Positions 25,697 to 38,081 of a DNA stretch of 64,000 nt are shown one piece after another. The stretch comes from Malacoraja senta. Its lineage: Eukaryota. How positions within the stretch are numbered: position 1 is the stretch's first letter; every line of letters begins with the position of its first letter. Below the pieces are notes generated by a model. The model had not been told where the DNA came from, did not search any database, and was given only the letters and a program-made list of their open reading frames with translations. Position numbers and translations under genes: made by a program. The stretch is from contig JAXLNO010000230.1 in assembly GCA_038087875.1 (NCBI GenBank), positions 62,001 through 126,000 of the forward strand, written 5' to 3'.

Positions 25697-28381
25697 CAGG
25701 GCCCTCACTAAACTTTTTTTCCCTGTTGCCAGCCGGGCAACCTTGGCAGCTTTTTAGGTTGCCAAATGACAGTTTAGGTGGTCATTTAAGACGGTTTGCA
25801 TGACACGTGCGATAATGTGCTCGGACGAAGTGCGTAGTTACCAGTCGGAATTATGCTCAATGAAGCATTCACATATTATTTCTGCTTCAAATAAAGTCAC
25901 AAACTAAACATATTCACCAATCAAGACATGATATATAACATATTGACATGCGGCAAAATTATAATACAGTATCTCAACTCTTTTTACACATTGCAATGAA
26001 TGCAATTTCTATTAGTTCTTTCCACTTCCAAAATAAAAATGTTGTTGGATTATTCAGCGTATGATCAACCTGTGTCAATAAATCCTGGACCATGGTAACA
26101 TATATGCTTAACCATGCACACTACAGATTGTTGCAAGCATGTTTTCTATGAAGAACCGAAAATTACCATGACATGGCCATAGCATGGGTCGCTATTGCTA
26201 TTGGTACAGAAACACTCTCGCTTCCCACATAATTTATCCATAACAAAATATACAGGTTGCAAGGAAATTTCTAAAGGCATTTTATGATAATAACTGTTAA
26301 AACCGACTATACCCATCTGACAGGTTAAACATTACGCTAACTGACAAGGGATGGCCAAAGGACATAACTGCAGCAAATGTTCTTTTGGTAATATGTTTAA
26401 AGGTGTCAAAACGCCACATTACCGGACAGTCAGATTAGATGTACGTGTTGTGAACAGCAATGAAGATACGCACCAGATTTTAAAAAAATTATTGATAAAC
26501 GCTTTTTCCATCATTCCCACTTCAGAATTAACGTTAAAATTTCAACTGAAATATCTCCTGACTAAATTTGTGATGTATATGACCGACTGTAGAAGTAAAA
26601 CCTGGATAAATCCAACCTATAGTTGTGAATGTTGCTCATTAAATAACTACAGGACTGATACTCCATATTAAGAGCATTGATTTGCCGTAAAATGAATTTT
26701 GTAATAACGTGTCAACGGTAGCAGTGACAATCGAACACTGCGGTTTTAATGTTTCACGTGTTCACAATTTAATTAATCCATCTTTATGGACTAAAACAAA
26801 TAATAACATTGGGAATTAAAACACATTTGATTGAATTCCGTTATCAAACATAGTCAATGTTTGCTCTGAAGACATTTCCAGCACAATAGGGTCAGGGAGG
26901 GGGGGGGGGGGTGTGAATCAGTGCGGGGTGGATAGATGGGGGGGGGGGGGGGGGTTGAGAAGGCAATCGGTGCGGAGTGGATGGATTGAGGCAGGTGAAT
27001 TAGTACGTGTTGGTTGGAGTATGTAAAATTGTGAGGGGAGAGCACGGGGGATGTCAGTGGTGTTGAACGGGGGGATCAGTACAGGATGGATGGGGGGGGA
27101 TCAGTACAGGATGAATGGGGGGGATCAGTACAGGATGAATGGGGGGTTCGGTACAGGATGAATGGGGGTAGACTAAAGTGCTGGGGAAACTCAGCGGCTG
27201 AGGCAGCATCTATGGAGCGAAGGAAATAGGAAAAGTTTTGGGTTGAGACCCTTCTTCAGACTGTTCCTCCCATTCTTCTTGAATGGGGGGGTTCAGTACA
27301 GGATGGATAGGGGGGGGCGTCAGCGCAGGATGAATGGGTGGATCAGTACAGTGTGGATCGGAGGGTCTGTGCAGGATGAATGGGGAATCACTACAGGATA
27401 AATGAGGGGATCAGTACAGGATGAATGGGGGATATCAGTAAAAGATGAATGGGGGATCAGTACAGGATGAATGAGGGGATCAGTACAGATGAATGGGGGA
27501 TCAGTACAGGATGAATGAGGGGATCAGTACAGGATGAATGACGGGATCAGTACAGGATGAATGAGGGGATCAGTACAGGATGAATGAGGGGATCAGTACA
27601 GGATGAATGAGGGGATCAGTACAGGGTGAATGGGGGGGCTCAGTAAAAGATGAATGGGGGGATCACTAGAGGATGGATGTGGGGGATCGGTGCAGGGTAA
27701 ATGGAGCGTGGGTCAGTACGGGATGAATGGGGGGGATCAGTGCAGGATGAATGGAGGAGAAGTGGAGGATGGATGGGAAGGGGGGTCAGTACAGGATGAA
27801 TTGGGGACAAGTGTAGGATGGATGGGGGGGTGGCAGGAGAATCAATGCGAGGTGGATAGGGTGATCAGCGCAGGAGGAATAGATGGGGGGGGTAGATGGG
27901 GGTAGATGGGGAGGGGAGCACAGGGGATGTCAGTGAGGACTGAATAGAGGCGGGAATGCGGATCAGTGCGGGATGGAGAGGAGGGGTCTCAGGATAAGGG
28001 GGGGGGGTGGAGGGGGGAGAGAGAGGGAGAGATCCTCCGACAACATTGCCCCGCTGCCTTGGCCATTCCTGTCCACCGCCAAGTGCCGCCGCCAAAGGGG
28101 GAGGCGGTTGGGATCTCCTCGTCACCACCTTCCCTCCTCCGCCAGCCAACAGCAAGGTGCGGGGCCGAGCGGTGCAGCTCAAAGATCCTATAGCTATAGG
28201 ATCTTTGGTGCAGCTGCTTCAGACGGCGGAAGCAGGCCTCCCCCTCCCTCCCTCCTCCCGGCCTTGGCGTGCGAGAAGGTTTGTTTTGAAAGCGCCGTTG
28301 GCAGAGTGGCAAGCAGCGGCCCTATCAGGGCAGGCGGGGTGCGGGAGGAGAAGGAGGTGGAACCGCTAATTTCGAGCCCTG
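25697..28381 (+). mobile_element. Non-autonomous hAT5-like DNA transposon, copy 1
   Basis: Ends CAGGGCCC.. / ..TTTCGAGCCCTG in a (TA)n site; ~1.2 kb highly similar to 35544-36745. Confidence 0.8.
27074..27830 (+). repeat. ~22-bp minisatellite GATCAGTACAGGATGAATG(A/G)GG(G) inside the hAT5-like element
   Basis: More than 20 visible units; interrupted by a Penelope-terminus fragment at ~27170-27263. Confidence 0.9.
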
Positions 28382-28514
28382 TATATATATGGTCATACAG
28401 TTCAAACAGATATTAAAAAGCAGATACACATGACAGAATCATTTTACTTCTGGGAATTGACATATAAAAACAGATTTCTAACGCCTGCTGTTTATTTACT
28501 TTTCAAATTGGCAG

Positions 28515-29205
28515 ATGACTGAAAGTAAGCATGCAGGTACAGCAGGCAGTGAAGAAAGCAAATGGCATTTGGCCTTCATAACAAGAGGAGTTGAGTATGG
28601 GAGGAAAGAGGTCCTCCTGCAGTTGTACAGGGCCCTAGTGAGACGACACCTGGAGTATTGTGTGCAGTTTCGGTCTCCAAACTTGAGGAAGGACATTCTT
28701 GCTAGTGAGGGAGTGCACGAGGTTAATTCCCGGGATGGCGGGACTGTCATATGTTGATAGATTGGAGCGGCTGGGCTTGTATACTCTGGAATTTAGAAGG
28801 ATGAGAGGATATCTTATTGAAACATAAGATTATCAAGGGTTTGGACACGCTAGAGGCAGGAAACATGTTCCCAATGTTGGGGGAGTCCAGAACCAGGGGC
28901 CATAGTTTATGAATAAGTAGGAAGCCATTTTAGAACGGAGATGAGGAAAACCTTTTTCACTCGGTGAGTTGTGAGTCTGTGGAATTCTCTGCCTCAGAGG
29001 GTGGTGGAGGCTGGTTCTCTGGATGCTTTCAAGAGAGAGTTAGATAGAGCTCTTAGGCATAGCGGAGTTAAGGGATATGGGGAGAAGGCAGGAACGGGGC
29101 ACTGATTACGGTACTGATTACAATGGATGATCAGCCATGATCACATTGAATGGCGGCGCTGGCTCGAAGGGCCGAATGGCCTACTCCTGCACCTATTGTC
29201 TATTG
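28515..29205 (+). mobile_element. CR1 3' fragment
   Basis: LAFITRGVEY..LQLYRALVRRHLEYCVQF; (CTATTGT)n tail. Confidence 0.9.
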
Positions 29206-29429
29206 CTATCTCATGAAATATTTGTTGTTGAATTTTCATGGAGAAATCTTGTGAAGCCAAAGTTTGATTGTGTTGTATGCTAGAGAGTATCCCCCCCCCC
29301 CCACTGTTTTAAGAAAAAATTGATGATAGTTCCAAATGTTTTTAAATAAACATCCATCCTATTATAACACAATTTCTGAACATTTTGTCTACTTCATTGT
29401 CCACTTAGTTGACAGCTGTCATAAGTTAA

Positions 29430-30012
29430 ATGCGATGTAAAGATGTGACTAGTGGTGGGATCCCGTTAGAGGTGGCAAAAATGTCAGAGGATTTGTGTGC
29501 TCTATGTGACGGCTGACGGCGTGAAAGGTGAGGACTAGGGGACTCTGTCCCTGTTGTGACTGGGGGAGGGGGAGCAAGAGCGGAGGTGCGGGTATCGAGG
29601 AGACCTGTGTGGACCTCATCTGTGATAGAAGAGGGGAATCCTCGTTCCCTAAAGAATGAGGACATATTGTATGTCCTGATATGGAACACCTCATCTTGGG
29701 CATAGATGTGGCGTAGACGGAGGAATTGAGAGGAGGGGATAGTCTTTGCAGGGGGCAGGATGGGAAGAAGTGTAGTCTAGATAGTGGTGGTAATCAGTGG
29801 GTTTGTAATAGACTAACTACTTGAGTAACTCAGCGGGACAGGCAGCATATCTTGAGAGAATGAATAGGTGGCGTTTCGGGTCGTGACCCTTCTTCAGACC
29901 CAAAACATCACCCATTCCTTCTCTCCAGAGTTGCTGCCTGTCCCGCTGATTTACTCGAGCATTTTGTGTCTATCTTCGGTGTAAACCAGCATCTGCAGTT
30001 CCTTTCTATACA
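29430..30012 (-). mobile_element. Penelope fragment followed by a fold-back terminal repeat (29822-29960)
   Basis: MSSFFRERGFPSSI, PLVLTFH; inverted terminal arms. Confidence 0.8.
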
Positions 30013-33000
30013 TACTTTCATTACTGTTTTGGTTAACACAGCTTTTTAATGAGGTTCCACTTGACATCTGTGTTGCAGCTGTCATCACTATCACAACTGA
30101 AGTATCCTGTTACATTCAGAAGCTCCACTAGATCAGGATATAATTCGATCTGATCCTGATTAGGATCAGTTCTCTGCTGTGGTTTCCTATCCAGAAATGG
30201 TGCATTCTGTAATTGTCGTCGTCTATTGATTATACAGAAAAAAATAGTTCTGTAAAAGTGTATTCTTAATAAAAATTGACGTAAAGTTATCATGGAATTT
30301 GAAATATTTTGTTTATTTTTTCTGCAGAATATGAGCTTGAAACATGCTGTTTCTACCTGACAACAGTCATATAATATTACCACTGTTGCAAATGTGCTAC
30401 TTTACTGCCACCTACTGGATGGTACAATTATATGCGTCTAAATAAAAATCAGAGCTTGTCCAATTTGTGGATTTTATCGATCATGGATTTAAAAAAAGTT
30501 TTAAAACTTGCTTGAGGAAAGTTTTTTTGGCTGTGATTTTAAGAAACACAAACAAGTAGCGTTATAGGTTAAGTGGAAGCATAACAAATTAAATTGCATT
30601 TTATCGTTTGGAATATCTATTGAACTGTTTCTATCTATTGAACTGCTTCCCAAACTTAGCCAAATAAACAAAAAAATCATTTTTTCCAAAAACTTTAGAG
30701 GTGCTTTAAAACAAATGTCACCCTTTGCTGCATTAATGTTACACACAGGTTAAACACTTTATTAAAATACAACATTAGAGACAAAGGGCGGAGCGCCATG
30801 AAAAATTTCTATATGTGTTCAACTACAAGGTGATAACAGCAGAGATCATATATAGAAAAAAAAGAGCAAAATAAACTTGCTGGAGTAACTCTGCAGGCCA
30901 GGCAGCGTCTGTGGAGGGAAATGGACAGTTGACGCTTCGAGCAGAGAGGAAGACCAGAGGGAAGAAAGGCTTCATTTGTCCATTTCCCTTCACTGATGCT
31001 GCCTGACCGGTTGAGTTTCGCTGGCAGTTTTTTTGATATAGAATCCAACATCTGCAGCCTTTTGTGTCTATTATGAAAAGGAAAATCTCAGAAAAACTCA
31101 GTAAGCTGTACAACATCTGCAGAAAGAATGGATATGTTCTTTGTCTTTTACATGACTCAATGAGCTTTTGTTGTATTATCTGATTTTGCAAGTGATATTG
31201 CTGGGCAAATTGTATATTAAAAGCAAAACACTGAACCTGTTAGAGATCTGAAATAAAACTTGAAAATACTCAACAGGAGCGGTATCTTCTTGGAGGCACA
31301 AACAGACCTAATATTTGCCGTTGATACAATACTTTAAAAAATGTTTTAAGCAACAAAGCACAGAAATGGAAGGGAGGGAAAGAGAAAAAGGAAAGACTAA
31401 GAAGCTGCAAAGAAGGTGGGATAAATGTAAAAAGGGATGATGTGGAAGAGCAGAATGGTATTTTTACAGTACAGGTTAACCCCAAAAAGTGGACCAGGAG
31501 ATGTATATAAGGCAATAATAGAACAGTACAAAGACTGTCAACAGATGTCAGAAAATATTCAAAAATTGAAACATGCCATTATACTCCTTGAATTTACATT
31601 GTTTGTAGGAGATTGAGGGCAGCAAGATCATAATGGAAATGGAGTAGAGAATTAAAAAAAAAACAAGCAGCTGAAATGTTCGATTCATGATGTTGGTTGA
31701 ATGGAATTGTTTTGCAAATTGTCCACTGATTTCCCCTAATTAACTTTATGGTAATGCTCTGAAGTCTCTGTTAATTTAGAAAAGCTATCAAAGCTTCAGT
31801 GCCTTGCAGATAATCTCGAGGTCAAACAGTGGTCAAATATGCAAAGTAAAATATGTTGAAACATTGGAAAGCAAAATACTGTGAATGCTGGAAATTGGAA
31901 ATAAATCTGCAAATGCTGGAAATACTCAGCAGGCCATGCAAGGAGAAAGAAATGGTTAATAGTTCAGGACATTGTGTGAAAGTGTTTTGGGAGTCACTGC
32001 TTTAGATCTTGTGTGAATGAAAGTTGTAGTTATAGTCAACTTGATTTTTAGTTTCACCAGCCGTGCAACTGAGTGCACATTTGGTTTTGTATGGTTTTTG
32101 CGGTTGGGTTTCAGTTAAGGTTGTGGGTGCATGAGGAAAGCATATTCAGGAGTTGCAGGGATGAAATATGAGTTATTTGGTGCATGTAAAAATGTATGTG
32201 TATACACAGACAAGTACACGTACACATCGGCTATAGTTCTCAAGCATGCATCTGTGAATCAATGCACATCAGACCAGCGAATGCAGCGTACTGAATGGAT
32301 AAAGGCACCATAAAGGTACCTATAGGAGATGTTTGAGGGTGTAGGAATTGTGGGAAGCGAGAAGTTTTCAGGAGAGATATTGCTTCTATGCTTATGTGCA
32401 TAAATATTATCAAATGGAGAATAGATCTTGGGGGGTTTTGAAAAACCAAACCAGGTATAGTTGGTAAAACCGAAAGAGGAGGGTAAAAAGTGTTTGATGT
32501 TGGCGTTGTGCAGAAGTTGACTGATGATGAGCCACTGAAAGTGGAGGTTGGTGAGTGGAAATGAGTTCAGTGAGATCTGTATCATGGGAAGGCAGCATAT
32601 TCTGTATAAGGGAAGGCAGCATATTCTCAGCAAAAGGAATGTGACTTAGATGGTTGTAGTCCTTGAATTTCTGAATTCAATTATTTTGTGATTGGCATCT
32701 TTTGCATATTGCTCCATTGCAAGTTCTGTTACACATTGATGAAATGTCCAAACATGCAAGATTGCTTCATTACAAGCAAAACGATTGCTTTCCTGGTTTT
32801 GTCTATGAAATTTAGCAAAGAAGATCCATTTGAAATTAAATTTCTTCTGAAAGCTCAGTATTACAAGGAAATTCTCGTGACAATCCTCCACACGTTCCAG
32901 GGAATGTTGTAAATAGGGGTCTCTAAGAGATTCGAGCTTTCAGTTTTGAATAGCTGCTGGAATATGTATGCTACATCAGGAAGAGTGACATTAGTGAGGA

Positions 33001-33965
33001 GGTGGGATTGTGCCTCACTACTTTGGAATCTTGTGTATGTTTTTTCAAGCTTTCCTTATAATGATATTGACTCAACAAACAGAAGATGCAACATCTCCAC
33101 AAATACAGTGCCCTCCATAATGTTTGGGACAAAGACCCATCATTTATTTATTTGCCTGTACTCCACAATTTGAGATTTGCAATAGAAAAAATCATGTAGT
33201 TAAAGTGCACATTGTCAGATTTTAATCAAGGCCATTTTTATATAATTTGGTTTCACCATGTAGAAATGACAGCAGTGTTTATACATAGTCTCCCCATTTC
33301 AGGGCACCATAATGTTTGGGACTCAGCAATGTCATGTAAATGAAAGTAGTCATGTTTAGTATTTTGTTGCATATCCTTTGCATGCAATGAATGCTTGAAG
33401 TCTGCGATTCATGGACATCACCAGTTGCTGGGTGTCTTCCCTGGTGATGCTCTGTTAGGCCTGCATTGCAGCCATCTTTAGCTTATGCTTGTTTTGGCAT
33501 GCTCAATTGGGTTCAGATCGGGTGATTGGCCACTCAAGAATTGACCATTTTTTAGCTTTGAAAAACTCCTTTGTTGCTTTAGCAGTATGTTTGGGATCAT
33601 TGTCTTGCTGTAGAATGAACTGCCGGCCAATGAGTTTTGAGGCATTTGTTTGAACTTGAGCAGATAGAATGTGTCTATACACTTCAGAATTCATAATGCT
33701 ACTACCATCAGCAGTTGTATCATCAATGAAGATAAGTGAGCCAGTACCTTCAGCAGCCATACATGCCCAGGCCATAACTCCCCACCACCGTGTTTCACAG
33801 ATGAGGTGGTATGCTTTGGATCTTGGGCAGCTCCTTCTCTACTCCATACTTTGCGCTTGTCATCACTCTGATATAAGTTAATCTTTGTCTCATCTGTCCA
33901 CAAGACCTTTTTCCAAAACTGTGGTTGCTCTTCTAAGTACTTCTTGGCAAACTGTAACCCGGCCA

Positions 33966-35442
33966 TCTATACATAACTAAAACTCTGATCTTGTTATCTT
34001 CCAGTTTGGCGGTCATTCTATTTGCGCAATAGCGCAACGCGATAGTGCTACGATTTTTCTCCAGCTTACTCACCGTTCTCCTATGCTGTAATTGCACCAA
34101 GTTTTGTTCCGATCGGTGGAAGCTGGTAAGAGTTATCGAGGTTTAAAAAAACTTTAAAACCGCAAGTACGCAGATCGATCGCCTCTCCTGCCATTCTCAG
34201 CCGTCCTGTTACTCCGCGTGACGGTCCGCCCCTTCCTGCGCCATCGCACCTTTACTGCAGCTGCGGGAGGTCGGAGGTCTCCAACCGGACACAATTTTCG
34301 GAGGGAGGGACCGGAAACGGCCAAAGCAGCCCAGCCAGCGCGGAGTCGGCGATGGCGCCGATGTCGGCAAACGGAAAGCGGAGACTCTGATCCTGACGGA
34401 GGAGAACAACCAGCGAAGCAACCAGCGACTAGCGCCCGCTGTGAGTCTCCATCGCAACCCCAACCCCTTCTCCTCTGGTCCCCCTCGCTGGCTCCTGCCC
34501 CCCTCCCCGTCATACAGCACTCTCCCCCATGGCTCTTCCCCCGTCTTTACTCCGAGCTCTCACCCCCCCTCCCCCCCTGCCCCACACACCCTCCCCCTGA
34601 CACACCCCTCCCCCCCACACACCCCTCCCCCCCACACACCCCTCCCCCCACACACCCCTCCCTCCCCACACACCCCTCCCTCCCACACACCTCTCACAAC
34701 CCTCCCCCTGCCCACACACACCCCTCTCCCACACACCCATCTCCCCCACAACCCCCCCGCCCAAACATACCCCTCCCACACACCGCTCCGCCCCCACAAC
34801 CCTCCCCCTCCCACAACCCTCCCCCCACAACCCTCCCCCACTACCCCTCTGCCCACACATACCCCCCTCCCACACACCCCTCCCTCCCACACACCCCTCC
34901 ACCCCCACAATCCCTCCCCCCACAACCCCTCCCTGCCCACACACATCCCCTCCCTCCCACAACCCCCCCGCCGACACCCCCCACAACACCCCGCCCACAC
35001 ACCCCTCCCCCCCACAACCCCACCTCTACCCCACAACCCCCCTCTACCCCACAACCACCCCTCTCCCGCACAACCACCCCTCCCCCGCACAACCAAACCT
35101 CCCCGCACAACCACCCGTCCCACCCCTCAACCCCCTCCCCCCCACACTCCCCGTCCCCCCACAAACCCCTCCTCCACAACACCCCCTGCCCACAACCCCT
35201 CCACACCCCCCCTCCCACACCCCCTCCCCCAAACCACCTACCCCTCCCACATCCTCCCTCCCCCCACACCCCGCCCACACCCCCCCTACCCTCTACCCTC
35301 CCCCCACATCCCTCCTCCTCCTCCCCCCACATCCATCCATCTCCCCCCTCCTCGCAAACCCCTCCCGTCCACATACTCACTTCCCCTCCCACCCCACACC
35401 CACACCCCCCCCCGTGGTGACTGGGACCCAACGGTTCCCACA
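33966..35442 (+). mobile_element. Non-autonomous Helitron-like element nested in Tc1
   Basis: Inserted at A|T (GGCCA|TCCTATT) with no clear TSD; starts TCTATACATAACTAAAACTCT; subterminal hairpin GGGACCC-AAC-GGTTCCC; terminal CTAG missing. Confidence 0.65.
34555..35413 (+). repeat. C/A-rich low-complexity tandem array (CCCACACACCCCT / CCCACAACCCCC)
   Basis: Almost no G on the + strand for ~850 bp. Confidence 0.9.
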
Positions 35443-35543
35443 TCCTATTTATGTGGCTAACCAGTGGTTTGCATCTTGCAGTGTAGCCTCTGTGTTCATG
35501 AAGTCATCTGCAGACAGTGATCATTGACAAATTCACACCTGAC

Positions 35544-38081
35544 CAGGGCTCTCGCTTAACTTTTTTTCCCTGTTGCCAGCCGGGCAACCGTGGCAACTTT
35601 TTAGGTTGCCAGATGACAGTTTAGGTGGTCATTTAAGATAGCTTGCATGACGCGTGCGATAATGTGCTCGGACGAAGTGCGTAGTTACCAGTCGGAATTA
35701 TGCTCAATGAAGCATTCACATATTATTTCTGCTTCAAATAAAGTCACAAACTAAACATATTCACCAATCAAGACATGATATATACCACAATGACATGCAG
35801 CAAAATTATAATACAGTATCTCAACTCTTTTTACACATTGCAATTAATGCAATTTTTATTATTTCTTTCCACTTCCAAACAAAAATGTGGTTGGATTATT
35901 CAGCGTATGATCAACGTGTCAATAAATCCTGGACCATGATAACATATATGCTTAACCATGCACACTACAGATTGATGCAAGCATGTTTTCTGTGAAGGAC
36001 CGAAAATTATCATGACATGTCCATAGCATGGGTCGTTATTGCTATTGGTACAGAAACACTCTTCCCACATAATTTATCCACAACAAAATATACAGGTTAC
36101 AAGGAATTTTCTAAAGGCATTTTATGATAATAGCTGTCAAAACTGACTATACCCATCTGACAGGTTAAACATTACACTAACTAACAAGAGATGGCCAAAG
36201 GACATAAATGCAGCAAATGTTCTTTTGGTAATATATTTAAAGGTGTCAAGACGCCACATTACCGGACATTCAGATTAGTTGTATGTGTTGTGAACAGCAA
36301 TGAAGATACCCAGTTTGTAAGCAACAAATTTAAAAAAAAATGTTGATAAATGCTTTTTCCATCATTCCCACTTCAGAATTAATGTTAAAATTTCAACTGA
36401 AATATCTCCTGACCAAATTTGTGATGTATATGACTGACTGTAGAAGTAAAACCTGGATAAATCCAACGTATGGTTGTGAATGTTGCTCATTAAATAACTA
36501 CAGTACTGATACTCCATATTAAGAGCATTGATTTGCCGTTAAAATGAATTCTGTAATAACGTGTCAACGGTAGCAGTGACAATCGAACACTGCGGTTTTA
36601 ATGTTTCACGTGTTCACAATTTAATTAATCCATCTTTATGGATTAAAACAAATAATAACATTGGGAATTAAAACATATTTGATTGCATTCCGTTATCAAA
36701 CATAGTCAGTGTTCGCTCTGAAGACATTTCTAGCACAATAGGGTCGCGGGGGGTGTGGGGTGTGTGTGTGTGAATCAGTGCAGTATGGATAGGTGGGGAG
36801 GGGGGGGGGTTGAGAAGGCAATCGGTGCGGAATGGATGGATTGAGGCAGGGAAATTAGTGTGTGTTGGTTGGAGTAGGTAAAATTGTGAGGGGAGAGCGC
36901 AGGGGATGACAGTGGGGTTGAATGGGGGGAATCTGTGCAGGATGGATGGGAGAAGCAGTGCAGGATGGATGGGAAGGGGGGTCAGTACAGGATGAATTGG
37001 GGGACCAGTGTAGAATTGATGGGGATTGGCAGGAGAATCAATGCGAGGAGGATAGGGAGATCAGTGCAGGATGAATAGTTGGGGGGGGAGGGGTAGATGA
37101 GGAGGGGAGCACAGGGGATGTCAATGAGGACTGAATAGAGGCAGGAATGGGGATCAGTGTGGGATGGAGAGGAGGGGTCTCAGGATAAGGGGGGTGGAGG
37201 GGGGCGTACAAGAGAGAGAGAGAGGAAGGGGCAGAGGAGGTGGGAAGGAAGGTCAGCGCTCCTCGGACAACACCGGCATCATCACTCATATCGCTATCAA
37301 AATATGGAGGGGACCGGTGGACACAATATCTTGGCGGCCGCGTGCGCATGCGCACACACACACACGCGCGAGGCTTCTGACGCTCAATCCAGTGCTAAAT
37401 GCAGCTCAACTCTGCCTGTCTCGCCTGGTCATGCCTGGACTGATGAGATATTTCCCATAAATCCAGGCAGGGATAACCTGGCGGGACAGGCAGAGTTGAG
37501 CTGGGTTTAGCGCTGCTTCTCTGCGCTGGCTGTGGGCACCGCGCCCGTCTGACTCCCAACGCCTCTGGCTACCCCCGGGTGTGGGGGGCTCTCGGGTGGG
37601 GACGGGGATGGTCCAGTGGCGGTTCGGCAGCTTCTGCAGCGCCGGAGACCGGGATCCATCCTGGCTGCGGTGCAGGTCTGCCGGGAGTGTTTTGGCACGT
37701 CTCCCTCCTCCAATCACCGCGCTCTATCCTCAGTCCCACCCCCCCCTACTTCTGCCTCTGACCGACACCTCCCTCCTCCAAGGGTTTGTTTTGAAAGCGC
37801 CGTTGGCGGAGTGGCAGCAGCGGCTGTTATCAGCAAAGATCCTATAGTGTTATCAGGCCGGGCGGGGTACGGGAGGAGGAGGAGATGGAACCGCTGCTGC
37901 TGCTGTGCGGGGCCCGTCATTCGCTCCGACCCTCCGTCATGCCACACTTAGCATCTTTCCCATGATATATCTTCGGTATAAACAAAGTTGCCAAGCCGGG
38001 CAAAATGACTCGACGTTTAGGTTGCCCGGTGGCACTTTGAGTGGTCAGTGGCACCTGGGCAACCGCTAATTTCGAGCCGTG
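35544..38081 (+). mobile_element. Non-autonomous hAT5-like DNA transposon, copy 2, nested in Tc1
   Basis: CAGGGCTC.. / ..TTTCGAGCCGTG ends; 5-bp TSD CTGAC. Confidence 0.82.

Noticed and set aside
27074..27830. CRISPR-like array
   Set aside because: Units are contiguous with no unique spacers; a eukaryotic minisatellite.
34218..35460. 400-aa and 339-aa Pro/His/Thr-rich ORFs (extensin-like) and Gly-rich antisense ORFs
   Set aside because: A C/A-only tandem array cannot encode stops, so several frames are open; it lies inside a Helitron-like insert.
26351..36522. Duplicated small ORF (LINAFSIIPTSEL...) as a gene or transposase
   Set aside because: The similarity comes from two copies of one transposon; the frame is not preserved between copies and there are no protein motifs.
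37432..37469. Hammerhead ribozyme (stem + CTGATGA)
   Set aside because: No GAAA, stem II or stem III between CTGATGA and the closing strand.
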